Shown here: piece by piece, positions 24,394 to 35,710 of the stretch | Layout of the letters: the number at the start of each line of letters is the position of its first letter | How positions within the stretch are numbered: the stretch's first letter is position 1 | DNA from: Podospora anserina | Taxonomy: Eukaryota | Length of the DNA stretch: 64,000 nt | Assembly: GCA_017654855.1 (NCBI GenBank) | Contig: CM030334.1 | Coordinates: 1,922,001 to 1,986,000 of the forward strand | Direction: 5' to 3' | Program-made: the position numbers and the translations under genes | Notes under the pieces: model-generated | What the model was told of the DNA's origin: nothing | The model's input: the letters and a program-made list of their open reading frames with translations, nothing else | Databases searched by the model: none

Positions 24394-27300
24394 ATGTCCA
24401 AAAAGGCCCGCCAGAGAATCAGCTATGGTTTGTGCTACCAATGCGTCGTCCTGCAGCATCCCTACAGACACATCTCTATCTGACGCTTCCAATTGATAGT
24501 CCTCGAACACCCCAACTCCTCTCCTGGCGGCCATAGACTCGGCGTGAACGGCCTTGCCATCGACCAGACAAACAGCATCCTGTGAGAGCGTCGCTCCAGA
24601 TATACCGAACCCACCCCCAGAAGTTCATTACTTACCGACATATGCTCCCCACAGATACTCCGGCGGCCGCGATGGTGTCCTCTGCGCCTGGGATCTCAAC
24701 CGAGATCTCGTTGCCCCCCAGACCTCCCACTCCGCCATGATCGACGAGACGATGAGCGCCAGCACATCCAAACGGGCAACCACATTTCGTGCACAAACAC
24801 AGGCGCATACCCACTGGGTCAACGACATTACGCTCGCCGAGAAGCATACAGCCGTTGTATCCGGCTCCTCGGATCTGTTTGTCAAGCTATGGCGTCCACT
24901 AGCCGAAACACCGGCCGACCCGGCGACCATCGGCCAGCATGCCGATTATGTCAAATGCGTCGCGACACCAACAGCAGACACACACTGGGTAGCCTCGGGC
25001 GGCCTCGACCGCAAGATCAACTTTTGGGACCTGGCAGGAGGCGGAAACATCCTCGAGATTGACGCCCGAGGTGAAGAGGTGGCTGAGAAGGGCAGCATCT
25101 ATGCCATGGGGGTAACACACAACGTTGTCGCCAACGGCGGACCCGAGTCGACAGTACGGTTGTGGGATCCAAAAACTGGTAAACGTATCACCAAGTTTGT
25201 TGGTCATACGGACATGATCAGGTCGATTCTGATCAGCGAGAATGGGGACTTGATCATGTCTGCTAGTTCTGATCAGACGGTCAAGGTGTGGAGCGTCACG
25301 GCGGGAAGGTGTATGCATACACTTACCATGCATGACAGCAGTGTTTGGGCGCTGTTCTCGGATGACCCTTCGCTGCACACCTTTTACAGCGCTGACAGGT
25401 CGGGGTTGGTGGTCAAGACGGATGTCAGGGGTACGAATGGGGAGTTTGACAACGGGCTGTCGCTAGCTGTCGCTCAAGAAAACGATGGCGTCACGAGAGT
25501 AGTGGCCTGGGGAGACAGCATCTGGACATCAACCAGCAGGGCATCGATCAACAGATGGAAGAATGTGGACTCGAGTGATCATACGCAACTACCAGAGGCG
25601 TTCCGGGCACATCGGGCATCGTTGGCCACGATTAGGAGTCGGGACGGATCTTTGTCGTCGACTATGGTGCCGCCTGCGTCTGGAGCCGAATCCCCGTACA
25701 AGCCCCGGCATAAGCGGAACATTTCGGAGAAGTCCATTTTGAGAATCTCGAACACGGCTCCTCTTCCGTTTACGTTGGGTCGCGGTAACGTGGATGAGAA
25801 CTCGGTCAGTCCAGGCTCACAGGTTCCGGAGCCGGCGTTCAACATGGTGGAGCTCCCTGAGCCAATACAGCATGAACCAGAGGAGACCATAGCGGGCCAG
25901 TTTGGGCTGGTGAAGCACAGGTTGTTGAATGATCGGAGACGAGTGCTGACCCTGGATACTGCTGGTGAGGTCTTGTTGTGGGATTTGATTCAAGTATGCT
26001 CCCTCTCCCACTGTGTTTTGTATGTGCGACGATATTGACCCTTTGAAGTGTCGACCGATTCAAGAGTTTGGAAAGCATCACCTTGAGACCATCGTGCCAC
26101 AGGTTAACACTAAGGAGGCCGTGGCGCCGTGGTGCTCGATTGACACCAGCTCGGGCAATCTTGCTGTTGTGTTGGAACCTTACAATTGCTTTGATGCAGA
26201 GATGTACGCTGATGAGTTGGGCTCTGTGGAAAATACGGAGTTTAGAGAAGACCAGAGGAGTAAGTCCTTCCAACCTGAGGAAGGTCGGATTGCAACTGAC
26301 AAATTCTAGTCAACCTTGGGAAATGGGTCCTCAGATATCTCTTTGCCAACCTCATCGACGAAGAAATCCGCCGTGACGAGGCCTTCAGACACAAGCTCAA
26401 CGAAAAGGTGCTCAAAAAGACGGCAGGCGGCGGTAGGATGCTGCCTCCACTGGCGATTAGTATTCCAGGACCAGCAGGATGGCAGTTTTCTGAACCCTCG
26501 TCGTCAGCTACACCGAAGGCTACTGGCATGAACTACCCACCCATGACTCCTGGGATGGCCATCGGCCTTGCTACCCCCGGTTCACCAATGGCTCCTTTCC
26601 TGGATGGGGGCTTCACCACACCACTCAGCCCACTTGAGAAGAGAACTTCCCAAGTCAGCAGACCCTCACAAGAACGCGAAGACTATTTTGCCGATGCGAT
26701 ACAAACGCCGGGATTAGATCAGAGCAACAGACTAGCCCAAACTCCCGCGACCGAGGTGCCCCCGACCCCCGGCCCTGAGCAACCAGCCAAGACACCAGGT
26801 GCTACTGAAACCAATGGCAAAGAAAAGGAGAAGGATGCCAAAGACAAGGAAAAGGACGGTGGGAAGACTCCCAGCACGCCGTTTGGTGGAATGAAGAAGT
26901 TCCGAATGGGCGGGTTCAGCATGAAGCTGGGTCGCTCGGCATCTACACCCCAAGCAGAGAAACCTGCCGCCTTGGACGAGAAGGCCGAGGAGTCACAGTC
27001 GAATGGCAGCCAACACGAAAGGGAATTTGACGACAACCTTGGGGGCGTCGTTCAAAAGATTAAAGCGGAATACGAAGAAGAGCTTGTTGACAACCCAGGC
27101 CAGATTGTCGAAACGAAAATCACGCCCTCTTTGCCGAATGATACTCCGGTTCTTAAACTCCCACCTGGGACAAAAGTCATTATACAGGAAGAAACTTCTG
27201 GCGGCTCGGCGGAAGTTTATCGTGGGACGGTGGGGAGTGTGGGTACTGACACGGATGAGATTGAACAGAAGGGACCGAAGTGGCTTGGGGAGTGTTTGCT

Positions 27301-27823
27301 GCAGAATGTTCTCCCGGTCAAGGACGCGGTGAAGGTCAGCTTTGTGCTGTTTCCGTACAAGGGGGAGCTGCCTGAGCTGGTGGCGGCGCCGGATGGGAAT
27401 AATAGGCTCAATGCGAATAGGATGCTGAGGGTGAAGAAGATTTTGGGGTATGTGGCTGAGAGGATTGATCGGGAGTGGAAGGAGGAGGTGGAGAGGGTGG
27501 AGCGGGAGGGGGGGGAGGTTGGGGAGGGGGTGATGAGGCCGGAGGAGTATTTGGAGTTGTGGTGTAACGAACAGGTGAGTACTACTAGGGGGCGGGAAAG
27601 GGAAGGTGGGGGTGGTGCTGATAAGACAAAACAGATGCTACCGAATAAGATGACGCTTGCGACGCTGAGGACGCATGTTTGGAGGGGGGGGAATGATATT
27701 GTTCTTCATTATAGGGCGAATGGGAGGAAGGAGATTAAGTTGACGGAGCAGGTGGAGGAGGTGGTGAAGGAGGAGGAGCAGGTGGGGAAGAAGAGTGATG
27801 AGGTTGGGACGCCTGGTGTTTAA
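24394..27823 (+). CDS. WDR48: WD40-repeat deubiquitinase activator (WDR48/UAF1/Duf1 family)
   Basis: [12 protein letters not shown]...[10 protein letters not shown]...[24 protein letters not shown]-terminal [13 protein letters not shown] and [12 protein letters not shown]. Introns 24428-24499, 24582-24654, 25994-26048, 26260-26309, 27575-27634. Confidence 0.92.
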
Positions 27824-28089
27824 TGGTGTTTGATGGTGTGGGGGTGTTTATGGGAGTTGAAGGAAGGTAGGGTTTGTATATGGTTGGTTGGGTGGGTTGG
27901 CTTTTGCAGGGCCGGCGAATGGTAATTCTTGGTGTTTTTTTTTAGCGTAGTAAATGTACATATTATATACAGGCGCTCAGTTTGATCGCACAACACAACT
28001 AAGGGTATCAAGATCTATGTGCATGGTGTTGTTTCGTCTATCATGTTCCCGTCCCTCCATTATTTTTACTGTCCTTATTTTTCCCACCT

Positions 28090-29019
28090 CTATAAGACAC
28101 TCTCTTTCCCCCTCTTCTTCTCTCCCCCTACAGAAAGCGTATTCACCGCCCACTGGTAACTCCCCAAGAATATCGCGCCCCCTATGCTGATCCACATCAC
28201 CCTCGGGCCTATCCCCGCAAAGAAGGGACGTATCCCGTTTTCTCTCAGGATATCGGTCATGACTTTGAACATGCTTTGTTTTTCAGTCGAGAGCATGACT
28301 CTCGTCTTGAGGACATCAAGCGGTGTTGTCACCGCGGCGGCGAACCCGCCAGCCACCGAACCGTAGAGCGCCGACTCTGGGGCGGAAACTTCAGTTGATG
28401 TAGAGGAAGAGGAACTATCACCAAAGAGTCCCCTCCCGGTGCGTTGTTTCCTCGCGCGGCCCCACGACTTGAGACCTTCCCATAGCGGGAATTGGAGCAC
28501 GGTAAAAGGGACCTCGCGGATGATTGTTATTGTCCAGCCTCTGTAGAGCTCCTTCCACACACCGGGGAGACCGATGGTGCTGTATTGTGCAATGATGTGC
28601 CGGAAGGCTTGGGCGGAGGACCCGTTGTGGTGGCCGGCTTGGGCGCGTTGTTTTACTACTTCGGTGGGGACGCGGACGGCGCAGGCGGCGATTTCGCCGA
28701 GGGAGGCGGAGAGCATGTGGTGGTAGGCTGGGGTGGTTGTTTGGTTTGGAGAGGTGGGCAAGGGGGGGAAGTTGTGGGAGAGGAGGGATTTGGTGTGCTC
28801 GTAGGTGGAGAAGAAGAAGGCTGCTCCGGGGGCGGAGCCGACGAGGCAGGAGCCGATGCCGCGGTAGATGCCGCGGAAGCCGCCTGAGGAAAAGAAGCCG
28901 GTGGGGGATTGGAGGCGGGTTTTGAGGGTGTCGAGGGGGAAGAGGAGGAGGTCGACTGTTGTGCCGGCTAGGGCGCCCGAGAGGAGGGCGGTGTTGAAGG
29001 GGGGGGGGGGTTCTGACAT
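28090..29019 (-). CDS. PET8: Mitochondrial S-adenosylmethionine carrier
   Basis: FPLDTLKTRLQS, RVPTEVVKQRAQ, REVPFTVLQFPLWE, TPLDVLKTRVML, PRVMWISIGGAIFLG. Confidence 0.93.
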   Translation of the reverse strand: MSEPPPPFNTALLSGALAGTTVDLLLFPLDTLKTRLQSPTGFFSSGGFRGIYRGIGSCLVGSAPGAAFFFSTYEHTKSLLSHNFPPLPTSPNQTTTPAYHHMLSASLGEIAACAVRVPTEVVKQRAQAGHHNGSSAQAFRHIIAQYSTIGLPGVWKELYRGWTITIIREVPFTVLQFPLWEGLKSWGRARKQRTGRGLFGDSSSSSTSTEVSAPESALYGSVAGGFAAAVTTPLDVLKTRVMLSTEKQSMFKVMTDILRENGIRPFFAGIGPRVMWISIGGAIFLGSYQWAVNTLSVGGEKKRGKESVL

Positions 29020-29344
29020 TGTGTCGGTTGGGACAGAGCGGCCGGTTTAGAGGTCCGGAGTGGTGAGGATGTGACCAGGCGCAGAGCTGGTTGTCGCCGG
29101 CGTCGCTGTCGCAATCGCAACGGGTTGAGATGAAAATTCCCGAGCTCCGGTCCGGGCCCGGCAGGCAAATGCGTCATGCTGGTGGGCCCGATGTGGGCTT
29201 GGCGTGCCAAGAGGTAGGGGTTGAGGCGATCACTTGTGAATACAAAAGCTCGGACCCCTCACGACTTTGATGGTGATTTATTTGTTCTCTCTTTTTATTA
29301 GTGACAGAGATTTATTATTCGGTATCTGGCTCACCTGCGATGGA

Positions 29345-31666
29345 ATGGGAACGCTACCACCTGTTGTGCACAGCACAGCGAGGGCCATCGCACCCCGCGA
29401 GTTCCTAGACGCCCTCCACGCAACATGCAACCCCAGGTTCCCCTACGACCGTGGGCGCTCCCACAAGCCCATCGCCCTCGCCATCAGCGGCGGTGTCGAC
29501 TCCATGGCCCTGGCCTACCTCTCTACCAAGATCAGGACGACCGATCATTGGTTCAAGGTGGCTGACCACCCCGTCAGCAACCCTGTCGCTTTTGTTGTCA
29601 ACCATGATCTGCGGAAGGGCATGGTTGAGGAAGTCGACCAGGTAATCAAGGCCCTGAGAGGGCTCAAGATCTTTGCCTATGTTGCCAAAATCGACTGGGC
29701 CCAGGTATTGGGCAAGGGTGTGGATCCCAACACGGTGCCCAACATTGAGACTCTTGCACGTCAGCAGCGCTATCGGAAATTGGGCACCTTCGCCAGGAAC
29801 TGCAAGACCATGTCTTTGCTCACGGCCCATCACGAAGATGACCAGTATGAGACCATTCTCATGAGGCTGCTTTCCGGCCATGGATATCGCGGCTTGAGAG
29901 GGATGCGCCCAGCAACAGACATCCCCGAGTGTTACGATATGCATGGCATCTACCAGAGCGGCTTTATCGATGACCAGAGGAGTAAGCACCCTGTGTGGAA
30001 TATTTACCCAAACAGGGCCGAAAGGACTAAGATATTGCGAGCCTTACGTGATGATTTCCACTTCGACTTGGCCACGTTTGCTGAGAAGGCGGAACCCATG
30101 ATGTGGAGGACAGATCTCAAGGACGCTTTTTCTGCCGACCAGGACTATGACGAGTGGATCGCCAGGAGCAACAAGCCTGCCCCTCCGCTGCCGACGATGG
30201 ACTTTGAGGATGGGGGAGTCATGGTATATCGGCCGCTGCTACACTTTTCCAAGGATCGCTTGATTGCCACCTGCTTGGAGAATAACGTTCCGTGGTTTGA
30301 GGATCACACCAACAAGGACCCGACGCTGACCATGAGGAACGCCGTGAGGCAGATGTGGAAGAATCACCGCTTGCCAGAGGCGCTTCAGAAGCCGGCGATA
30401 TTGCGATTGGCAGAACGGTGCAGGAAGAGAGTGGCTTTTGAGGAGGCTGAAGCAGATCGCCTGCTGCAGAGTGCTCTGGTCCCTCATTTTGAGCCCAGTA
30501 CTGGCACGTTGGTGGTACAACTGCCGAAATTCCGACTCCCACGAGTGTCAAGATTATCGTCAAAGTCACCCGGGGGTCGCCAGAAGCGGCTTGATCACCA
30601 TCGCTACATCGCCGCTCTCCTGCTTCGAAAGCTGATTTCCATGGTCACACCGGAAAGAGAGCTCAACCAAGCTGGCCAGCTCGATCATCTCGCATCTATG
30701 CTGTTCCCCTCCCTGGCACAAGATGGCGTCGAGCCACCACCTCCCAAGCCATACGTCATCTGCGGCGTACATTTTGTACCCATGATGGGCCCCAACAGCC
30801 AACCCTTCCGCTGGCTCCTGACCCGCGCGCCCTACGCTTCGAATGTCCCACGGCCTCGTACCGATTTTTGGGCGCCCAACATCAGAGGAAGATGGGGCAA
30901 AAAACCGCACCAGTGGAAGACAACCGGATGGTCAGGCTTCAAGCTGTATGACGGCCGGTACTGGATCCGACTGCTCAGCAGGCTGCCAGGTAATCTTCAT
31001 GTCATGCCATTTGAGGCGGAGCATCAGAAGCCGTTCAAAGAAGCGCTTGATGAGCAAAGCAAGAATGACCTCGCGGCTATGCTCAAGCGGTATGCGCCTG
31101 GCAAGATAAGGTACACTCTCCCTGGAATATACTCCAGGGTTGATGTTACGGGAGTAATACAACACGATGAATACTGGCCGGATATTGAGGAACTGGACAA
31201 GTATGGGGCCTTGCGTAAGCGTAACGCTGATGGCCAGTGGGAAATCCGAGAGGAGGCTGTAGAGAACGAAGAGAGCAAGGATGCTGAAAAGAAAAGCTCG
31301 GACACGGTGGAACAGGAGCTGCTACACTCGTCAGCCAGTAAACGAGCCAGGCTGCTGCAGGCCAAGGCCTGGGAGGATGACATTACGGAAAGAAGGACAG
31401 ATAATCCGCCCCAGCTGTTGGCGCTACCAACGCTGGGAATTCATATACCGGGCTTGGAAGACTGGCTGAGATGGGAGATTCGGTACAGGAAGCTTGATCC
31501 AGATATGCTGCTCACGGTGAAGCGGAGGAAGTTCATGCCAAAACGGAGGAAGGTCAGGAGTCAGATTCGAATGTCGTATCGGCATATGTTGCTGTCGGGG
31601 TTGATCAAGCCGAGGTACAGTAGACCAGTACGGCGCCGAGAGGTGCTGAAGTCAAAGTCGAAATAG
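29345..31666 (+). CDS. tilS: PP-loop ATPase, tRNA(Ile)-lysidine synthase (TilS)-like
   Basis: AISGGVDSMAL PP-loop, VNHDLR, ETLARQQRY, TAHHEDDQYETILMRL, RPLL, WFEDHTN...RNAVR. Confidence 0.85.
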   Translation: MGTLPPVVHSTARAIAPREFLDALHATCNPRFPYDRGRSHKPIALAISGGVDSMALAYLSTKIRTTDHWFKVADHPVSNPVAFVVNHDLRKGMVEEVDQVIKALRGLKIFAYVAKIDWAQVLGKGVDPNTVPNIETLARQQRYRKLGTFARNCKTMSLLTAHHEDDQYETILMRLLSGHGYRGLRGMRPATDIPECYDMHGIYQSGFIDDQRSKHPVWNIYPNRAERTKILRALRDDFHFDLATFAEKAEPMMWRTDLKDAFSADQDYDEWIARSNKPAPPLPTMDFEDGGVMVYRPLLHFSKDRLIATCLENNVPWFEDHTNKDPTLTMRNAVRQMWKNHRLPEALQKPAILRLAERCRKRVAFEEAEADRLLQSALVPHFEPSTGTLVVQLPKFRLPRVSRLSSKSPGGRQKRLDHHRYIAALLLRKLISMVTPERELNQAGQLDHLASMLFPSLAQDGVEPPPPKPYVICGVHFVPMMGPNSQPFRWLLTRAPYASNVPRPRTDFWAPNIRGRWGKKPHQWKTTGWSGFKLYDGRYWIRLLSRLPGNLHVMPFEAEHQKPFKEALDEQSKNDLAAMLKRYAPGKIRYTLPGIYSRVDVTGVIQHDEYWPDIEELDKYGALRKRNADGQWEIREEAVENEESKDAEKKSSDTVEQELLHSSASKRARLLQAKAWEDDITERRTDNPPQLLALPTLGIHIPGLEDWLRWEIRYRKLDPDMLLTVKRRKFMPKRRKVRSQIRMSYRHMLLSGLIKPRYSRPVRRREVLKSKSK

Positions 31667-31820
31667 AAGTAGTGACAAGTTCAGCCAGTCGGCAGCCTTG
31701 CCGCCCCACGTGTTGGTGTCCGGCGCGGTTATGCACGGTGATCGTTGATCAACGGTGCCCCTCCCTGCCATCCAACTTCGTCGTCAGCGTCACTGTCAAC
31801 TTTGCAGATGCAACACTTTG

Positions 31821-33527
31821 ATGGATGTGACCCAGCATCAACCGGGCCGACGGCGCCATGTTTTCTATGGTTTCTGGGGTTTCTCAACACTATTTCTGGT
31901 TCTTGGACTGTCCACGGTTCTCATCATTGGGCTGCTAGTTCAACTGCTCAACCAAGATCTGATAAGCACAACCGATATGATGCACAACACGCTGTCCAGC
32001 GTGGCCAGTCTCACAGCTATATTACTTGCCAGTCTGGGCCTTTCACATGCCTCAAACGCACCAGAGTCGCTCGAAAGTGAAGACTTTGAGATCGACCTGT
32101 CTTGGTATCCCCCAAAACCATCTTCGATAACCAACCTCACCACCGTCTTCAACAGCACCGGCGTCTGGGGATTCATCTTCAACACCTCCCACACCCCAGA
32201 CTCCCAGTATGGCACCTACAACTGGTGCAACATGCCTCATGTCCGGGCAAAGGAATATCCCAGGCCACCCTCAGAATATGAACTCCTCTACGTCGAAGTA
32301 GTCAGTGACTCTCCCCCTCTTTTTGCCTGTCACCTCAGTTCTAACAGCCCCCAGATCCACCGCCACCACCTCCGCACCCCCTACTCATCCAACTCCTTCC
32401 CTGTTGAACCTCACCCCTGGAACTGCAATAACATCGCCATCTACTCTTACTCCTCCCCTCTCACCCCTGGATCACCCCCCTCCATCCCAGGATACCACTC
32501 CCCTTTCACCTCCCCCCTCAACCCCTTCCCCCCATCTCCCCTCGGTCTCCAAGGCACCTGCAACTTTCCCCAAATCACAACCCAAGGCCTCTCCGACTCT
32601 TACCAGCACGGCCTCGACCTGCTATCAGTCTACTCCCCCCTCATCTCACCAACCTCAGCCGAGTTCCGCATAACCAACAACCCCATCACCTCCCAAGTCG
32701 CCGGCGCACTGATATCCGCCCTCCTACCACCCAAAACCACCACCACCACCCCCCTCCTCATCCAAAACACAGAAATCGACTCCCTCGAGCCCAAATACCC
32801 CTGCCCCCTCTCCCACCACCTCTTTTCCCAAATCCAATCCACTCCCCAATGGAAATCCCACCTGCAGCTATCAAGTGAGATCCTCACCCAACTAGACATC
32901 ATAAGCGGCGTCCCCCCCTCCGATACCAGTTTCCACATCAGTTTCGACCACTACTTCGACAACCTCTCCTCCAAACAATGCCACTCCCGTCCCCTCCCTT
33001 GCTCAGTCCACTCCCCCCACAACAACAAATGCATCCCCCAACACCTAGCCGACACCGTCTACCGCCTAGGCCAGTGGGAGTACCACCACACCTACCGCTC
33101 CTCCAAACAATCCCTCCAAGCCTCAGTCGCAAGCTACGGGGTGTGGATCGCCGAACTATTGTCACATATCTCATCCATGACAAAAGAAGAGACAAAAGTG
33201 AGATATCGACACAACATTGCCCACGACGGGTCAATTTCCCGACTGTTGGGCGTGCTGCAAGTAGACGATATGCACTGGCCCGGGATGGGCTCCGAGATCG
33301 TCTTTGAGGTTTACAAGCAGCAGCCAAAACATTTTGTCAGGGTGTTGTACGGTGGGCAGGTGCTAAAGTCCAGTTCACCCATGCTAAAGGGAAACACCAA
33401 AGGGATGATACCACTCCAACAAATCATGGGGTATCTAGGTGGCCTCATCGGATTACGAGAAAAAGACGGGAAAATGATGCACGATATCAAGGAGATGTGC
33501 AACACCCCTATTACCTACAATAAGTGA
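31821..33527 (+). CDS. Histidine acid phosphatase family protein
   Basis: HRHHLRTP (RHxxRxP-like) and IAHDGS motifs, N-terminal hydrophobic segments, in-frame intron 32301-32354. The start could instead be 31977. Confidence 0.85.
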   Translation: MDVTQHQPGRRRHVFYGFWGFSTLFLVLGLSTVLIIGLLVQLLNQDLISTTDMMHNTLSSVASLTAILLASLGLSHASNAPESLESEDFEIDLSWYPPKPSSITNLTTVFNSTGVWGFIFNTSHTPDSQYGTYNWCNMPHVRAKEYPRPPSEYELLYVEVVSDSPPLFACHLSSNSPQIHRHHLRTPYSSNSFPVEPHPWNCNNIAIYSYSSPLTPGSPPSIPGYHSPFTSPLNPFPPSPLGLQGTCNFPQITTQGLSDSYQHGLDLLSVYSPLISPTSAEFRITNNPITSQVAGALISALLPPKTTTTTPLLIQNTEIDSLEPKYPCPLSHHLFSQIQSTPQWKSHLQLSSEILTQLDIISGVPPSDTSFHISFDHYFDNLSSKQCHSRPLPCSVHSPHNNKCIPQHLADTVYRLGQWEYHHTYRSSKQSLQASVASYGVWIAELLSHISSMTKEETKVRYRHNIAHDGSISRLLGVLQVDDMHWPGMGSEIVFEVYKQQPKHFVRVLYGGQVLKSSSPMLKGNTKGMIPLQQIMGYLGGLIGLREKDGKMMHDIKEMCNTPITYNK

Positions 33528-33546
33528 CATTAGAATTATTATATAC

Positions 33547-34982
33547 TCATAACAACCCACCCCCCCCGCCAGGAAGCAACTCAGTCAACCCATAATCCCT
33601 CTCCAAATCGACCCACCTCCCCATCCTCATCGGATCCAACTCCTTCAACTTCTTCACCCAAGATATCAGATCCTGCCTCTCATGCTCAAGAGGTTTCCTC
33701 TTCTCCAGCTGACACAACCCAAGCGTGTATTCCAACAACGCCTCATGGATCAGCTTCACATCCTCATAATCCTCTAGCAGATCCTTGATTTCCGTGATTT
33801 CTTTCAAGAGGTAGTCCACTCTCTGATCTACCGTCAAGGTCGGGACAATGGTGGGACGCCTAACTGGATTGACGAGGTTGTCGACAAGGAACTGGTGATA
33901 ATACCACAGTGACTGATCGTCGGGGCCGACATTGAGCGCTTCTCGGATTTGGGTCAATTCTGCTCATGTCAGCAACTATCCATCAGTTTCAGACAACAAA
34001 TAGCATACCGGCATCTAAAAAAGCCCTCCTCTCATCCTCCCCCGCCCCCCTCTCATCCAACAACCTCGGAATCAGCGTGCTCCTGCTATGCCAAGCCGAG
34101 AAATTACTCAAATCAGCCCGGATCATCCGGTCCGTATACGCAAACTCGCTCTCCACCAACGAATCCCCGCCCAGCTCCCTGCTCTCCAGCTGGCTGACAA
34201 CATGCCGCCTGTACCCCCACGCATGGAAATTCCTGCGGTCCATCGACAGCATCTTGCTCGCGAGTCCCAACTCGTCCTGCCAAATCTTCTTCGCCTTCTC
34301 CACCGGCAGAAGCAGGATAGACTGATCCAATGTCCAAAGCCGATACGACCAAATCCAGTAGCATTTCGGGCTCTTGAGCAAAAGCCCAAAAGTAAAAGAC
34401 AGCTCCGAGGTTATAATATCAAGATCCTTCTTCTGGGCCTCCCCATCTTCTCGCTCCGTTGGTTCTTGCGCGACAGCGGTATCATCAGACCCCTGGTCAG
34501 CTATTATACCACTCCTCCCAATCCTCCGGCAAGCTTGGCTGTGCGGGGTCCTTGTCGAATAAGAGCACGATGACTCGTCGGAACACGTTGTTGTAGTGTC
34601 TGACCGAGAAGAACTCGAGCACGCCCTCGAGCATGAGCACCCATCCGACCGTCTTGAGAATAAGCCAGAAGTTAGCGTACGCCTGCGGACGTTCCATACT
34701 GTGTAGTATTCCGGGTTGAGCTTGAGGAGGGTGGTGGTGAGGTCAAAGGTTTTGCGGCGGGAGTAATCAGAGGAGGAGACGAGCTGGCGGAGGTGGGATT
34801 CGAGGTCGCGGTACTTTTGGATGCGCTCGAGGTCCTGCTGCTTTTGGGCGGGGGTGCGGGTGCGGGTGGTGCGGGCTATGCCGTGCTGGGAGCCGCCTTG
34901 CTTTTTGTTTAGGGCTTGTTTAGTTAATTTGTCTGCTGCTGGGAAAGATGAGGGGTTTGGTGAAAGAACTTACATCGGCCAT
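33547..34982 (-). CDS. BET4: Rab geranylgeranyltransferase alpha subunit
   Basis: Exons 34982-34974, 34885-34009, 33959-33547. Motifs HGIAR, NPEYYTVWNVRR, PKCYWIWSYR, DRRNFHAWGYRR, SNFSAWHSR, PDDQSLWYYH, DPMR. Confidence 0.95.
34497..34697 (-). CDS. Candidate overlapping microprotein in an alternative frame of BET4 exon 2
   Basis: 66-codon ORF coinciding with a Ser/Cys/Thr-rich insertion in BET4, with strong C/G-ending codon use and a hydrophobic helix. Confidence 0.6.
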   Translation of the reverse strand: MERPQAYANFWLILKTVGWVLMLEGVLEFFSVRHYNNVFRRVIVLLFDKDPAQPSLPEDWEEWYNS

Positions 34983-35710
34983 GGTATGTGTAGTTGTTGC
35001 GATGATGTGTCGCGTGGAGGATTCGGGTGCGGGATCGAAATGACGTCGGGTGTGAGGCCAGGAAGGCTACAGCAGCACAGTGTGTGCATTCGTCAGCTGT
35101 TGCGGGGCTTTATCGATAAGAGATAGGGGGCTTAGCGAATCGGGGCAGCCCCCTGAAGCCCCTGAATAGCTCCTGCCTTCCATTCAACACCTTCCATGAT
35201 AGAGAGGATATGGCGGGGAAAGTGCTCAAATGCGTCGAGCACTTTCCCTCAGTAACCATAATGTGTCGTCATGAGGGTCAGGACCGAAAAGAGATGGGCA
35301 GGTGCTATCCTCCCAGTCCCACACGGGCAACAGGACTCCGATCGTCTGGATGACTTTCGTCTGCTCGGCCTCTGCATCTTCTCTCTTGATTCCTAAGACC
35401 ATCATTCCCGAATATTGCTACGCGACTACAGCATCGGCATCAGGGTACTATTATCCCGTCGGGCGTTTCACGTATGGACTTGTCACCCATCACCGGCCGA
35501 ACAGGTTTCTGATCATCCGGGCCCGCATCAAACACCGCCGTCTCGATCCATCGACGGCTTCAACTACACCAATTCTTGCTGGCCCTTACACTCGCTAGGT
35601 CTTTGAAAAATATCATTTTGTGAATCTCATTAGCATCCGCATCTTCTCCCATCGCTTCTCTCTTCCATACTCTTCTCATCTTTCAGTCTTGGTGGTGCCG
35701 CAGCTTCGCT

